In this document: positions 23,012-33,442 of the stretch, one piece after another | Layout of the letters: each line of letters starts with the position of its first letter | Numbering within the stretch: the first letter of the stretch is position 1 | Source: Bacteroidales bacterium | Lineage (GTDB): Bacteria > Bacteroidota > Bacteroidia > Bacteroidales > UBA7960 | Length of the DNA: 64,000 nt | Assembly (NCBI GenBank): GCA_007118495.1 | Contig: SKRM01000032.1 | Location: 34,223 to 98,222, forward strand | Direction: 5' to 3' | The notes under the pieces: model-generated | Told to the model about the DNA's origin: nothing | Seen by the model: only the letters and a program-made list of their open reading frames with translations | Database searches by the model: none | Made by a program: the position numbers and the translations under genes

Positions 23012-23035
23012 ATCCGGTTACTTGTTTTTTTTTGG

Positions 23036-23043
23036 CAAAGGTA
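23036..23043 (-). promoter_or_regulatory. candidate -7 promoter box (TACCTTTG on minus strand) for ffh
   Basis: Matches TAnnTTTG, 24 nt upstream of the ffh ATG. Confidence 0.4.
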
Positions 23044-23221
23044 CATGAAAATTGCACATCATCAATGGGGTAACCCCGTGCTGCGTTGATCTTTCCATAT
23101 AAACAAGACTGAAACGTCTTTGTTGATAATATTTTATTAAATGATTGGGTGCCATGATGAGAGATCGGAAAAATGTTGGTAATTTTACACCCAACGGCAG
23201 AACAACTGATCTGTAGTTAAC

Positions 23222-24613
23222 ATGATAATGGATTTAAACTCAAACATACCCTGGCAGGTTAGCCGATACGAAGAGGCCAAGCGTCGTGGGGAATTGGTAT
23301 ATTTTGACGTGAATGACTTTGAAGAGGTCATTGAACATTATCTCTTGGGGGGATCATTCAAAAAAGCATTGCGGGTAGTTGAAGCCGCAGCCCTTATTCA
23401 CCCCGGGTCAATTAGCCTTATACTGAAAAAAGCCCAGTTGCTGGCAGCCCTGAACAAAGAACAACGGGCTTTGGAAATACTCGCCAGTATTGAAGATCTG
23501 GACCCTTACAACCATGATATCTTTCTGACAAAAGGAGCCATTTATTCACAACTGAGGCACTATGAAAAGGCCATAGAAGAGTATAACAAAGCTGTTAGCG
23601 GTGCTGATGAGCCAGACTTTGTATATTGCAACATTGCTTTTGAATATGAGAACCTTGGCAATTTTGACAAAACCATTGAATACCTTGACAAGGCATTGAA
23701 AATCAATCCGGACAATGATCTCGCCATTTATGAGGCGGCCTATTGCTTTGATCTGTTATCACTTACCGATGAGGGAATATCTTTCTTTACCAGGCTCATT
23801 GACCGCAATCCTTTCAGTATTGAAGCATGGTTTAATCTGGGAGTATCATATATCAATGCGGGGCTTTACGAAAAAGCCCTTGATGCCCTCGATTATGCTC
23901 TGGCTATAGACCATACCCATGAACATTCATGGTTTCACAAAGGCTATGTCCTGAACATGATGAACAGATACGAAGAGGCCATTCAGGCATTTTTGTCATC
24001 TATTGATGAAAATGAATCAGATGCCATGAAGTTCTATTATGTTGGGGAGTGCCATGAAAAGCTTGAAGACTTTGACAACGCCCGTGACTTTTACTTGAAG
24101 AGTACCAGCATTGATCCCGAACTGGCCGATGCCTGGGTGGGGATCGGTGTATGTAATCTGGAAACCGGTCAAACCAATGATGCGGTTACATTTCTCCAGA
24201 AAGGCATTGCGCTTGATCCTGAAAACATCAGCTATCTCTGTCTTCTGGCCAATGCTTACTTTGTTCTCAAAGACAATAAGATGGGGTGCTCAACCTATGA
24301 AAAGGCAGTTACAGCAGATGGGGAGGATGAAGAAACCTGGCTTGAATACACCGAGGCCCTTCACAGTCTGGGCGAGATTGAGCAGGCGTATCAGGTAGTC
24401 AGAAGGGGCCTTGAAGCCATACCCGGAAACAACAACCTGCTTTACTGTCTTTCGGGTCTTTTGTTCATGATGGACAAATCGCATGAGGCAGCTTTCTGTC
24501 TTGAAGAAGCATACAGGCATGATGCTGCAGGTATTAAGGCTTTGCTGGAGCGTTTCCCCGGGCTGACAGACAATATGTCATTTTCAGATATTGCTGACAG
24601 TCTGAAAAACTGA
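23222..24613 (+). CDS. tetratricopeptide-repeat protein
   Basis: 463 aa built of repeated ~34-aa A..Y..A...P....A....G units. Confidence 0.7.
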   Translation: MIMDLNSNIPWQVSRYEEAKRRGELVYFDVNDFEEVIEHYLLGGSFKKALRVVEAAALIHPGSISLILKKAQLLAALNKEQRALEILASIEDLDPYNHDIFLTKGAIYSQLRHYEKAIEEYNKAVSGADEPDFVYCNIAFEYENLGNFDKTIEYLDKALKINPDNDLAIYEAAYCFDLLSLTDEGISFFTRLIDRNPFSIEAWFNLGVSYINAGLYEKALDALDYALAIDHTHEHSWFHKGYVLNMMNRYEEAIQAFLSSIDENESDAMKFYYVGECHEKLEDFDNARDFYLKSTSIDPELADAWVGIGVCNLETGQTNDAVTFLQKGIALDPENISYLCLLANAYFVLKDNKMGCSTYEKAVTADGEDEETWLEYTEALHSLGEIEQAYQVVRRGLEAIPGNNNLLYCLSGLLFMMDKSHEAAFCLEEAYRHDAAGIKALLERFPGLTDNMSFSDIADSLKN

Positions 24614-24645
24614 GCCGTTTTCAAATAAAGAGAATCCCATACAAT

Positions 24646-25428
24646 ATGTTACATCCAATTCCAGACAGACCCGATAAACCCAGAAACAACGGGGTAACCA
24701 TGGTCATGGACAAGGGGCTTGGCATAAATCAGGCAAGAGATCTGGCAGAAACAACAGGCCATCTGATTGACTTTCTTAAACTTGGTTTCGGAACATCTGT
24801 CGTTTGCAAAAACGTGCAGGAGAAAGTCAGTTTATACAAAGATCATGACATGTATGTTTATGTGGGCGGAACCTTGCTTGAAGCTTTTCTGGTGAGAGGA
24901 CAGTTTGAAGATTACATAAGGTTTATTGAAAAGCTGGGATGCAATGCTGTAGAAGTATCTGACGGTTCGATCAGTCTGAACCACCATGAAAAATGCCGTA
25001 TCATCAGCAAGCTTGCAGAAAAGTATACTGTACTTTCTGAAGTAGGGGCAAAAGAGGCTGACATTGTAATTGAACCCGAAGTATGGATCGATTCAATAAA
25101 ATCAGAGCTTGAAGCAGGAAGCACTTTCGTGATTGGCGAAGCACGTGAGAGTGGCAACGTTGGCATCTATGAAAAAAATGGCAGCGCCGACTCTGAACTC
25201 ATACACCAGATACTGGCCCACGTGCCATCACAAAAGCTTATCTGGGAGGCCCCCCTCAAACAACAACAAACCTGGTTTATCAGCTTGCTGGGAAGCAATG
25301 TCAATCTGGGGAATATTGCACCCGCAGATGTTGCTGCCCTGGAGACACTCAGACTTGGGCTCAGGGGTGATACGTTTTTTGCGTTTTTACCGGATGACTA
25401 TCACAAACATAAGCTTACCGGAGGCTGA
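24646..25428 (+). CDS. comA: (2R)-phospho-3-sulfolactate synthase
   Basis: 260 aa, collinear by eye with archaeal ComA (VMDKGLG, DFLKLGFGTS, VEVSDGS, GEARESG, IWEAP, NLGNIAP..V.ALETLR.GLRGDTF). Confidence 0.8.
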   Translation: MLHPIPDRPDKPRNNGVTMVMDKGLGINQARDLAETTGHLIDFLKLGFGTSVVCKNVQEKVSLYKDHDMYVYVGGTLLEAFLVRGQFEDYIRFIEKLGCNAVEVSDGSISLNHHEKCRIISKLAEKYTVLSEVGAKEADIVIEPEVWIDSIKSELEAGSTFVIGEARESGNVGIYEKNGSADSELIHQILAHVPSQKLIWEAPLKQQQTWFISLLGSNVNLGNIAPADVAALETLRLGLRGDTFFAFLPDDYHKHKLTGG

Positions 25429-25473
25429 TCGTATCACTGGTCTTCCATTCAATCTTCTTTACCACCAAAAATA

Positions 25474-26418
25474 ATGGCTTTTACAAACAGACGGACATGG
25501 AGTGATTACTTTCTGGTAAGCCTCAGGGGTATGGCCATGGGTGCCGTCGATGTGGTGCCCGGAATGTCAGGCGGAACCATTGCCCTGATTACCGGAATTT
25601 ACGAAGAACTTATCATGAGTATCAAATCATTTGATGCCAGCCTGATCAATACACTCCAAAAAAATGGTCCGGGCGCTGCATGGAAAAAGGTGAACGGAAA
25701 TTTTCTGCTGGCCCTGGGTACGGGAATTCTGGTGAGCATTTTTTCACTGGCAAGACTAATGTCGTGGTTATTGGAAAATCATGCTATGCAGGTCTGGGCT
25801 TTCTTTTTTGGCCTGATTGTCGGAAGTGCAGTATTTGTAGGCTTCCGGATTAAACATTGGAGCTTTAGGGCATGGCTGTTGATGTTCTCGGGTATTGCCC
25901 TTGCATACTGGGTAACACTGGCCACACCAGCCTCAACCCCTGACCATATTTGGTTTATCTTTCTTTCAGGAAGCATTGCACTGTGCGCAATGATATTACC
26001 AGGGGTTTCAGGTGCATTCATTCTTATTCTGCTGGGCAAATATGAGTTTATGCTTCAGGCCGTGGCCCAGCTAAACATTCCTCTTATTCTGGTATTCGGC
26101 ATAGGTGGAGTGGCAGGATTGCTTGCATTTTCACACCTGATCGGCTATTTATTCAGAAAGCATCCAAACTCAACATTGGCATTGCTGGCGGGCTTTATGG
26201 CAGGGTCGCTAAACAAGCTGTGGCCCTGGAAAGAAGTTATTGAAACCCGGGTCAGCTCTGATGGTCAGATAATTCCCATACTTGAACGCAGTATTTCCCC
26301 CTGGTCATATACAGAAATTTACGGACACGACCCCATGCTGCTTTCAGTGATTATTGCTGCAGTTGCAGGCTTAGCATTGATTACGTTATTTACCGTATTG
26401 GAGGCCAAAAAGTCGTAA
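25474..26418 (+). CDS. DUF368-family polytopic membrane protein
   Basis: 314 aa. DVVPGMSGGTIALITGIY and a second ILPGVSGAFILILLG repeat are characteristic of DUF368. Confidence 0.65.
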   Translation: MAFTNRRTWSDYFLVSLRGMAMGAVDVVPGMSGGTIALITGIYEELIMSIKSFDASLINTLQKNGPGAAWKKVNGNFLLALGTGILVSIFSLARLMSWLLENHAMQVWAFFFGLIVGSAVFVGFRIKHWSFRAWLLMFSGIALAYWVTLATPASTPDHIWFIFLSGSIALCAMILPGVSGAFILILLGKYEFMLQAVAQLNIPLILVFGIGGVAGLLAFSHLIGYLFRKHPNSTLALLAGFMAGSLNKLWPWKEVIETRVSSDGQIIPILERSISPWSYTEIYGHDPMLLSVIIAAVAGLALITLFTVLEAKKS

Positions 26419-26421
26419 AAG

Positions 26422-26937
26422 TCAGTTTTCAAGTCTTTGCTTTTTATCCCAGGCATAAAGAAAAAGCCCTGTAAAACACACGCCGAAAATAATGCCCAGA
26501 TAAGGGTTTATGCCCTCTGAGGGATAATCAATGGCACGGTATATTCCATAGAAAAGTGCACTGAATCCGGCCATCAGCATGAAGAAAAACAAAAACTGAT
26601 CAAATATTTTCTCAAATCTGGCAGCCATGTTCTGCCTTTTCTTCTTCTGCCAGTTTTGTGTCTCTTTTTCAACATCTGCTGCTGAATATCGACCAGCTGG
26701 CCGGTAATAAACCCTGCGACTCAAGGTGCCGTGACGAAGGCGCAAATCGTAAAGTCTTCGCTTATCCGGATTTTTCAGCACCTGGTAAGCCTCATTGAGT
26801 TTCTGGAATTCACCAATGGCATGGTGGCCGGGATTGATATCAGGATGAATCATTTTGGCACGACAACGAAAAGCACGCTTTATTGAAGCATCGCCTGCCT
26901 TGTCATCAATCCCAAGCAAATGATAGTAATTTGTCAA
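26422..26937 (-). CDS. J-domain (DnaJ-like) membrane-anchored protein
   Basis: YYHLLGI...AFRCRAKMIHPDINPG (HPD motif), with two C-terminal hydrophobic helices. Confidence 0.75.
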   Translation of the reverse strand: MTNYYHLLGIDDKAGDASIKRAFRCRAKMIHPDINPGHHAIGEFQKLNEAYQVLKNPDKRRLYDLRLRHGTLSRRVYYRPAGRYSAADVEKETQNWQKKKRQNMAARFEKIFDQFLFFFMLMAGFSALFYGIYRAIDYPSEGINPYLGIIFGVCFTGLFLYAWDKKQRLEN

Positions 26938-27101
26938 ACCGCTGTAAATAAATTGAATAATCTAAATTATACAATGAATTCCTAAAAATCAAGCAGAAAA
27001 ATAGTTTTTCCAAAAAAGGCTTGTCTGAATTAAAAAAAATGCCGTACTTTGCACTCCTTAAAAATTGTACAACGTTTATTTGTTCCAAAATATTCTCAGA
27101 A

Positions 27102-27338
27102 ATGTCACGTATTTGTCAGATAACCGGGAAGAAACCTATTACAGGACATCGCGTCTCCCACTCAAACATTAAGACCAACAGATGGTTCTACCCCAATATT
27201 CAGGAGAAGCGATTTTTCATACCTGAAGAAAACCGCTGGGTGACACTAAAGGTCTCAGCCAAAGGCATCCGGACCATAAATAAAAAAGGCATATACGCCT
27301 GTCTGAAAGAAGCTAAAGCAAAAGGGTTTATCAAATAA
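27102..27338 (+). CDS. rpmB: 50S ribosomal protein L28
   Basis: [38 protein letters not shown]. 78 aa. The longer ORF-track start at 27021 was rejected. Confidence 0.9.
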   Translation: MSRICQITGKKPITGHRVSHSNIKTNRWFYPNIQEKRFFIPEENRWVTLKVSAKGIRTINKKGIYACLKEAKAKGFIK

Positions 27339-27363
27339 GGCATTATCATGCCGTACTGTCCTG

Positions 27364-27403
27364 GCTGTTGCATATACGTGCGACAGCTTTTTTTTTGTTT
27401 TTT
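27364..27403 (+). terminator. rho-independent terminator after rpmB
   Basis: GCTGTTGCA-tatacg-TGCGACAGC (9-bp stem, one G:U) followed by T9GT6. Confidence 0.8.
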
Positions 27404-27507
27404 CACCGGCAATCTAGTGTTAAAGAAATATAATAAGAGATTGGGAGCGATGACCGGGTTTCGCATGTCAATGATTCTTACTATTTTTATGGATCAATAA
27501 ATCAGGT

Positions 27508-28161
27508 ATGCGAAGTGGAAAAGGTGTGATGATAGTCTTGGGACTGGTTTTCATTGCTAGCTTAATATTTTCAGGTCAGGTTAACAGTCAGGTTACGCAG
27601 CGCAGGGTGATACAGTTTAGCGGTCTGGTTCTGACAAGTGACAGCCTGAAGCCTCTTCCGTATGCATCTATATGGGTAAAAAACACACCCAGGGGTACTA
27701 CCACCGACTACTACGGTTTTTTCTCCATCCCCGTTTTTGAGAACGATACACTACGATTCACAACCGTCGGTTATCAGGAAGCATATTACGTTGTTCCTGA
27801 CACCTTGACTTTTCCGAGGTATTCGGCAGTTCAGGTAATGACCCGGGACACCATCTACCTGGCTGAAACAGTAGTTTATCCATGGCCCACCCGCGAACAG
27901 TTCAGGCACGCCTTTATACATACTGACGTTCCATCTGACGATTATGACAGGGCCATGCGAAATCTGGCCCATGCTGAAATGCGTGAACGTTTTCGCAACA
28001 TGCCCATGGATGGAAGTATGAATTTTCGCCATTATGTGCAACAGCACTCTGACAGATTGTATTATGCAGGCCAGGCTCCCCCAATGAGGATATTTGATCC
28101 ATTTGCCTGGGCTCAATTCATTGAAGCATGGCGGGATGGTCGTTTCAGACGCTCTGATTGA
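27508..28161 (+). CDS. carboxypeptidase-regulatory-like domain protein (secreted)
   Basis: Signal peptide, then FSGLVLTSDSLKPLPYASIWVKNTPRGTTTDYYGFFSI...TVGYQ, typical of CarboxypepD_reg. Confidence 0.6.
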   Translation: MRSGKGVMIVLGLVFIASLIFSGQVNSQVTQRRVIQFSGLVLTSDSLKPLPYASIWVKNTPRGTTTDYYGFFSIPVFENDTLRFTTVGYQEAYYVVPDTLTFPRYSAVQVMTRDTIYLAETVVYPWPTREQFRHAFIHTDVPSDDYDRAMRNLAHAEMRERFRNMPMDGSMNFRHYVQQHSDRLYYAGQAPPMRIFDPFAWAQFIEAWRDGRFRRSD

Positions 28162-28243
28162 ATCAGCGGCAGACAATAATTTTCCTTATGACTTGTTATA
28201 TTGTATAGGTTTGAACCAATGGGTACTCCATAGTTAGGCTAAG

Positions 28244-30700
28244 TTGATCATTGTGAATATATCCCGATCCATATTATTTTGCATAATACTGCTTTTTGCC
28301 AGCATGAACCTGGAGGCTCAACAGGCTGTCGTAGAAGGATATATGACAAGCACCACAGCTGACACCCTCGAATTTGTAAACATTGCAGTAGAAGGTCGCA
28401 CCACGGGGACAACAACAGATATTCGGGGTTTTTTTCGTATGCAGCTGCCAGCCAGAGAAACGTTGATACTGCTTGTCTCCCATCTGGGATATAAACCAGT
28501 AAAGATCAGCCTGCAACTTGAGCCAGGAGAAGTCAGGCAAGTAAATATAGAACTAGAGCCGTTAATATCTTTTCTTCCCGACATTGAAGTACTTGACAGA
28601 CAGATATTATCAACCGACATTACAAGGCTGGACCCAAAGCTTACAGGCCTGCTTCCCGGGCCGGTAGCCGGAGTGGAAGGGCTTATCCGAACCCTCCCCG
28701 GAGTATCAGCTTCTTCTGAGCTAACCACCCAGTATTCGGTACGGGGAGGGAATTTTGACGAAAACCTGGTTTATGTCAATGGGATTGAAATTTACAGGCC
28801 TTTTATTATCAGATCAGGGCAACAGGAAGGGCTCAGTTTTCTCAATCCTGACCTGGTATCTTCCATTGAGTTTTCAGCCGGAGGGTTTCATGCCATGCAC
28901 GGCGACAAAATGTCATCGGTTCTGGATATTACTTACACAACCCCTGATCAATTTGGCGGGTCATTTTCACTGAGTCTGCTTGAGGGCTCTATCCATTTCG
29001 AAGGAGCTTCAGAAAACAAGCGCTTTACCTATATTACCGGCTTACGCTACAAATCAAATCAATACCTTTTGGGCACACTTGACACACAAGGTAACTATCA
29101 ACCCTCTTTTACGGATATCCAGGCACTGCTCACCTACCGTTTATCAGAAAATTTCCAGCTGAGCTTTCTTGCAAATTTTAACAACAATCGTTACTTATTT
29201 GAACCGGCCACACAGCGCACAAGATTTGGCACCGTTACAGAGGTAAGGGAGTTTACTGTTTTTTTTGACGGACAGGAAGTCAACCAGTATGTCACCTCCA
29301 CGTCTGCCCTGTCACTGATTTATGAGCCCAATAACTACTCCCAAATAAGACTCACCTCGAGTATGTTTCAGTCAGATGAACGCGAACATTTTGACATCCT
29401 CGGGAGATATTGGTTGCAAAGGGTTGAAACAGATATGGGCCGGGATGATTTTGGCCAGCCTACCGGCGAACCGCTTGGCGTTGGCAGTTTTCTGAACCAT
29501 GCACGCAACTATTTAAATGCCATTGTGTGGAACACCGAACTAAGTGGATCACAACACCACGGATCAAGCCTTTTCAGGTGGGGCATAAAATATCAGTTTG
29601 AAGACATTTTTGACAGGTTGAGTGAATGGAGTATGGTTGACTCTGCAGGGTACTCCCTGCCACAATATCCTGATCACCAGATCCTGTTGCAGGATACATT
29701 AAATAGCCAGACGGGCATCAGGTCAAGCAGGTTCTCTGCTTACATCCAAAACACCTGGGGTTTTGAAAGGACCCACGGACGTTTTTCGGCTACCGCAGGT
29801 ATCAGGGCGGGTTACTGGGATCTGAACCAACAGCTTCACATCAGCCCGCGTGCAACTCTGCTGTATAAGCCAGAATGGGCTGTTCGCTGGGCATTCAGGG
29901 CTTCTGCAGGGTTCTATCACCAACCTCCTTTTTACCGTGAATTGAGAGATATGCAGGGAAAGATCAATCACGATATAAGGGCACAGGAGTCCATTCATTT
30001 TGTACTGGGCTCTGAGTTTAATTTTTCAGCCTGGGACAGACCATTCAAATATACTTCTGAAGTATATTACAAAAAGCTCAACAACCTGATTCCGTACGAA
30101 ATTGACAATGTTAGAATCAGGTATTATGCTGATAACAGTTCAAGTGGTTACGCCACCGGACTTGACATGAAAATACATGGTGAATTTGTGCCCGGTATCG
30201 AATCGTGGGCCAGCCTTTCAGTAATGCAGACACAAGAAAGAATTGAAGGCGCATACCGAATGGACGGGCAGGGACAACGCATCCCCACCGGTTATGTCGC
30301 CAGGCCAACTGATCAGCGATTCAGCTTCAGTATGTTTTTTCAGGATTTCATTCCAAGAAACCCTAGCTATCAGGTACAGTTGGGTTTTTTTTATGGGACA
30401 GGTCTGCCCTTTTGGATTCCTACCCGTGATAAAAGACGAGACATTGGTCGCATGCCTTCATACCAGAGGGTTGACATTGGTTTCTCCAAGCAAATCATCG
30501 GAGAGTCAACTAAACCCAACGGAAAGAAACCCTGGAATCACCTCTCATCTCTATGGGTAACTGCTGAAGTATTTAACCTGTTAGAGATCAATAATACCAT
30601 TTCATATTTCTGGATCAGGGATGTAGAAAACCAGCTTTTTGCTATCCCAAACTACCTTACCTCAAGACTGGTAAACCTGAAGCTCATTGCCAGGTTTTAA
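28244..30700 (+). CDS. TonB-dependent outer-membrane receptor (CarboxypepD_reg + plug + barrel)
   Basis: 818 aa. N-terminal VNIAVEGRTTGTTTDIRGFF, plug region RTLPGV...VRGG..DENLVYVNGIEIY, C-terminal aromatic residue (ARF). The start is uncertain (TTG at 28244 or a nearby GTG). Confidence 0.8.
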   Translation: MIIVNISRSILFCIILLFASMNLEAQQAVVEGYMTSTTADTLEFVNIAVEGRTTGTTTDIRGFFRMQLPARETLILLVSHLGYKPVKISLQLEPGEVRQVNIELEPLISFLPDIEVLDRQILSTDITRLDPKLTGLLPGPVAGVEGLIRTLPGVSASSELTTQYSVRGGNFDENLVYVNGIEIYRPFIIRSGQQEGLSFLNPDLVSSIEFSAGGFHAMHGDKMSSVLDITYTTPDQFGGSFSLSLLEGSIHFEGASENKRFTYITGLRYKSNQYLLGTLDTQGNYQPSFTDIQALLTYRLSENFQLSFLANFNNNRYLFEPATQRTRFGTVTEVREFTVFFDGQEVNQYVTSTSALSLIYEPNNYSQIRLTSSMFQSDEREHFDILGRYWLQRVETDMGRDDFGQPTGEPLGVGSFLNHARNYLNAIVWNTELSGSQHHGSSLFRWGIKYQFEDIFDRLSEWSMVDSAGYSLPQYPDHQILLQDTLNSQTGIRSSRFSAYIQNTWGFERTHGRFSATAGIRAGYWDLNQQLHISPRATLLYKPEWAVRWAFRASAGFYHQPPFYRELRDMQGKINHDIRAQESIHFVLGSEFNFSAWDRPFKYTSEVYYKKLNNLIPYEIDNVRIRYYADNSSSGYATGLDMKIHGEFVPGIESWASLSVMQTQERIEGAYRMDGQGQRIPTGYVARPTDQRFSFSMFFQDFIPRNPSYQVQLGFFYGTGLPFWIPTRDKRRDIGRMPSYQRVDIGFSKQIIGESTKPNGKKPWNHLSSLWVTAEVFNLLEINNTISYFWIRDVENQLFAIPNYLTSRLVNLKLIARF

Positions 30701-30852
30701 AGCCTGCCTTTTTGTCATTTTACTGACAAGTAGGGCCTGATTGCTGCCCGAACCAATGCCATATTTTCAAAAACAGGTATAATTAAGGCATTGGCACAAT
30801 CATTGAAATGGTGAAGTGAAACAATTTTGAAACTTCATTAAAAACATATAAA

Positions 30853-32748
30853 ATGGGCAAAATAATTGGTATTGATTTAGGTACAACCAACTCATGTGTC
30901 TCAGTGATGGAAGGTAACGAGCCAGTGGTAATCCCCAACAGTGAGGGGCGCAGAACCACACCATCCATTGTGGCATTTACCGAAAATGGTGAGCGAAAAG
31001 TGGGTGATCCTGCCAAAAGACAGGCGATAATCAACCCTGAAAAAACCATATACTCTATCAAGCGATTTATGGGTGAAACCTATGATTCAGCTGTTAAGGA
31101 ACGCGAACGCGTTACCTATAAGGTTGAGAAAGGCGACAACAATACACCCAGGGTTAAAATTGATGACAGAAGATATACCGCTCAGGAAATTTCTGCCATG
31201 GTTCTTCAGAAAATGAAAAAGACTGCTGAAGATTACCTGGGGCAGGAGGTAACAGAAGCTGTGATTACTGTGCCGGCCTATTTCAATGACTCTCAGCGCC
31301 AGGCAACTAAAGAAGCCGGTGAAATAGCAGGGCTGAAGGTTCGACGCATTATCAACGAACCCACAGCAGCATCTCTTGCTTATGGACTAGACAAAAAGGA
31401 TAAGGATATCCGCATAGCTGTCTTCGACCTGGGTGGAGGTACATTTGATATTTCTATTCTTGAACTTGGAGACGGTGTATTTGAGGTGAAGTCAACCAAT
31501 GGCGACACCCACCTTGGTGGAGATGATTTCGACGATGTAGTTATCAATTGGCTGGCTGCCGAATTCAAAAAAGACGAAGGTATTGACCTCCGGAAAGATC
31601 CCATGGCACTTCAGCGCCTGAAAGAAGCTGCAGAAAAAGCAAAAATTGAACTGTCAAGTGTCACATCGACTGAGATCAATCTTCCATATATCATGCCCGT
31701 TGACGGCATTCCGAAGCATCTTGTAAGAACCCTTACCCGCAGTCATTTTGAAAAACTGTCAGACAAACTCATCCAGGCCACATTGGAACCATGTAAGATA
31801 GCACTGAAAGAAGCAGGGTTTCAGCCTTCTGATATTGATGAGGTAATTCTGGTAGGCGGATCAACCCGTATACCCGCCATTCAGGAAGTTGTTGAGAAAT
31901 TCTTTGGAAAGAAACCCTCAAAGGGAGTCAACCCCGATGAGGTGGTCGCCGTTGGTGCTGCCATTCAGGGCGGTGTACTAACCGGAGAAATCAAAGACGT
32001 TTTGCTGCTTGATGTTACCCCGCTTTCTCTTGGTATTGAAACCCTGGGCGGCGTGTTGACAAAACTGATCGAAGCAAATACAACCATTCCGACCAAAAAG
32101 ACCGAAACCTTCTCGACGGCTGCAGATAACCAGACATCGGTTGAGATCCATATCCTGCAAGGTGAAAGGCCCATGGCAAAAGATAACCGTACCATTGGCC
32201 GCTTCCATCTTGATGGGATACCACCTGCACCCAGGGGAATGCCGCAGATAGAGGTAACTTTTGATATAGACGCCAATGGCATCCTCAATGTTTCGGCCAA
32301 AGACAAGGCCTCAGGAAAATCACAGAATATCCGTATTGAAGCATCCTCTGGTCTCAGCGATGAAGAGATCAAGAAAATGAAGGCAGAAGCAGAGGCCAAC
32401 GCAGAAAGCGACAAAAAGCTGAAAGAAGAAATTGACAAGCTAAACACTGCCGACAGCCTTGTATTCCAGACCGAAAAACAACTTAAAGAGTTTGGTGAAA
32501 AGCTTCCGCCAGAAAAGAAGGAGCCTATTGAAAAAGCGCTTGAAGCTTTGAGAGAAGCCCACAAAAATAAAGACCTGGCTGGAATTGACACACATATGGC
32601 AAGCCTGAACAATGCATGGCAAGCTGCCAGTGCTGAAATGTACCAAAACACCCAGGCCCAGCAAGAAGCTGGTGAACAACCCAAAGATCAGGAAAAGAAG
32701 AAAGGCGATGATGATGTAACTGATGTTGATTTCGAAGAGGTGAAATAG
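30853..32748 (+). CDS. dnaK: molecular chaperone DnaK (Hsp70)
   Basis: 631 aa: [30 protein letters not shown]. Confidence 0.98.
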   Translation: MGKIIGIDLGTTNSCVSVMEGNEPVVIPNSEGRRTTPSIVAFTENGERKVGDPAKRQAIINPEKTIYSIKRFMGETYDSAVKERERVTYKVEKGDNNTPRVKIDDRRYTAQEISAMVLQKMKKTAEDYLGQEVTEAVITVPAYFNDSQRQATKEAGEIAGLKVRRIINEPTAASLAYGLDKKDKDIRIAVFDLGGGTFDISILELGDGVFEVKSTNGDTHLGGDDFDDVVINWLAAEFKKDEGIDLRKDPMALQRLKEAAEKAKIELSSVTSTEINLPYIMPVDGIPKHLVRTLTRSHFEKLSDKLIQATLEPCKIALKEAGFQPSDIDEVILVGGSTRIPAIQEVVEKFFGKKPSKGVNPDEVVAVGAAIQGGVLTGEIKDVLLLDVTPLSLGIETLGGVLTKLIEANTTIPTKKTETFSTAADNQTSVEIHILQGERPMAKDNRTIGRFHLDGIPPAPRGMPQIEVTFDIDANGILNVSAKDKASGKSQNIRIEASSGLSDEEIKKMKAEAEANAESDKKLKEEIDKLNTADSLVFQTEKQLKEFGEKLPPEKKEPIEKALEALREAHKNKDLAGIDTHMASLNNAWQAASAEMYQNTQAQQEAGEQPKDQEKKKGDDDVTDVDFEEVK

Positions 32749-32761
32749 CGAAAAGTTACTT

Positions 32762-32798
32762 AAAAAAAAGAGGCCGCAAATTGCGGCCTCTTTTTTTT
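32762..32798. terminator. bidirectional rho-independent terminator shared by dnaK and tpx
   Basis: A8-GAGGCCGCA-aat-TGCGGCCTC-T8. Confidence 0.9.
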
Positions 32799-33309
32799 AC
32801 ACCAGTTTCCTGGCTGCTTCCAGGGCTTTATCATAATCAGGATACTCAGAAATTTCATCAACCACTTCAACATATCTGACCATATCATCCTTATCAACAA
32901 CAACAACGGCTCGTGCCAGAATGCCAAATTCTTCAATCAGCAAACCGTATTTGATGCCAAAATCCCTGTCTTTCTGGTCTGATAGCGTAACAATATTATC
33001 AATTCCCTCTGCCGCACAAAATCTTTTCAGGGCAAAAGGAAGATCGCATGATATGGTTACTATTTTCACCTGATCTAATTTGGATGCCTCCAGGTTAAAC
33101 CTCCTTGTCTGCTGGGCACAAACATCTGTATCAACACTTGGTACAGACGAAATAATCCTCACCTGACCTCTGAAATCACTCAGATTAACGGGTTTCAGAT
33201 CAGATCCAAGTGCAGTAAAATTCTTGGCAGTATGACCAGTTTGCACCATTTTGCCCAATAGCGTAACGGCTTTCCCACCAAGGGTAACAATATCGGTATT
33301 TCTTTTCAT
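32797..33309 (-). CDS. tpx: thiol peroxidase
   Basis: 170 aa: ISSVPSVDTDVCAQQTRRFN (peroxidatic Cys), ISCDLPFALKRFCAAEG. Confidence 0.9.
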   Translation of the reverse strand: MKRNTDIVTLGGKAVTLLGKMVQTGHTAKNFTALGSDLKPVNLSDFRGQVRIISSVPSVDTDVCAQQTRRFNLEASKLDQVKIVTISCDLPFALKRFCAAEGIDNIVTLSDQKDRDFGIKYGLLIEEFGILARAVVVVDKDDMVRYVEVVDEISEYPDYDKALEAARKLV

Positions 33310-33442
33310 GGCTATTTTTATTTGTTTGATTATTCTTTTTTAGTTGTCAGCGGGTTAAAACCCTTACCCGCCAGTTCAAACAAGGAACAACCAGAAATTG
33401 TTTATACTCCCGGTATTATTTTGCCAAAAGAAGAAACACCGA

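Noticed and set aside
27349-27507. 52-codon ORF (MPYCPGCCIYVRQLFF...) right after rpmB, considered as a possible rpmG (L33) or Cys-rich micropeptide
   Set aside because: It does not resemble L33. The ORF reads straight through the rpmB terminator hairpin and T-tract, so it is most likely non-coding. rpmG is simply not in this window.
28162-28243. Possible cobalamin riboswitch ahead of the TonB-dependent receptor
   Set aside because: 82 nt only, with no B12-box-like sequence.
31965-32684. 239-aa ORF antisense to dnaK, plus shorter antisense ORFs at 31978-32230 and 32440-32679
   Set aside because: It lies entirely inside the highly conserved dnaK frame. The product is low-complexity and Ser/Ala/Pro-rich with no motifs. 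Long antisense ORFs within hsp70 genes are a known codon-bias artefact.
33350-33371. Hairpin GCGGGT-10 nt-ACCCGC between the DUF2148-like gene and tpx, considered as an intra-operon terminator
   Set aside because: No U-tract follows on the minus strand (the sequence there is A-rich). It may be an RNA processing or attenuation element, but I cannot support a terminator call.
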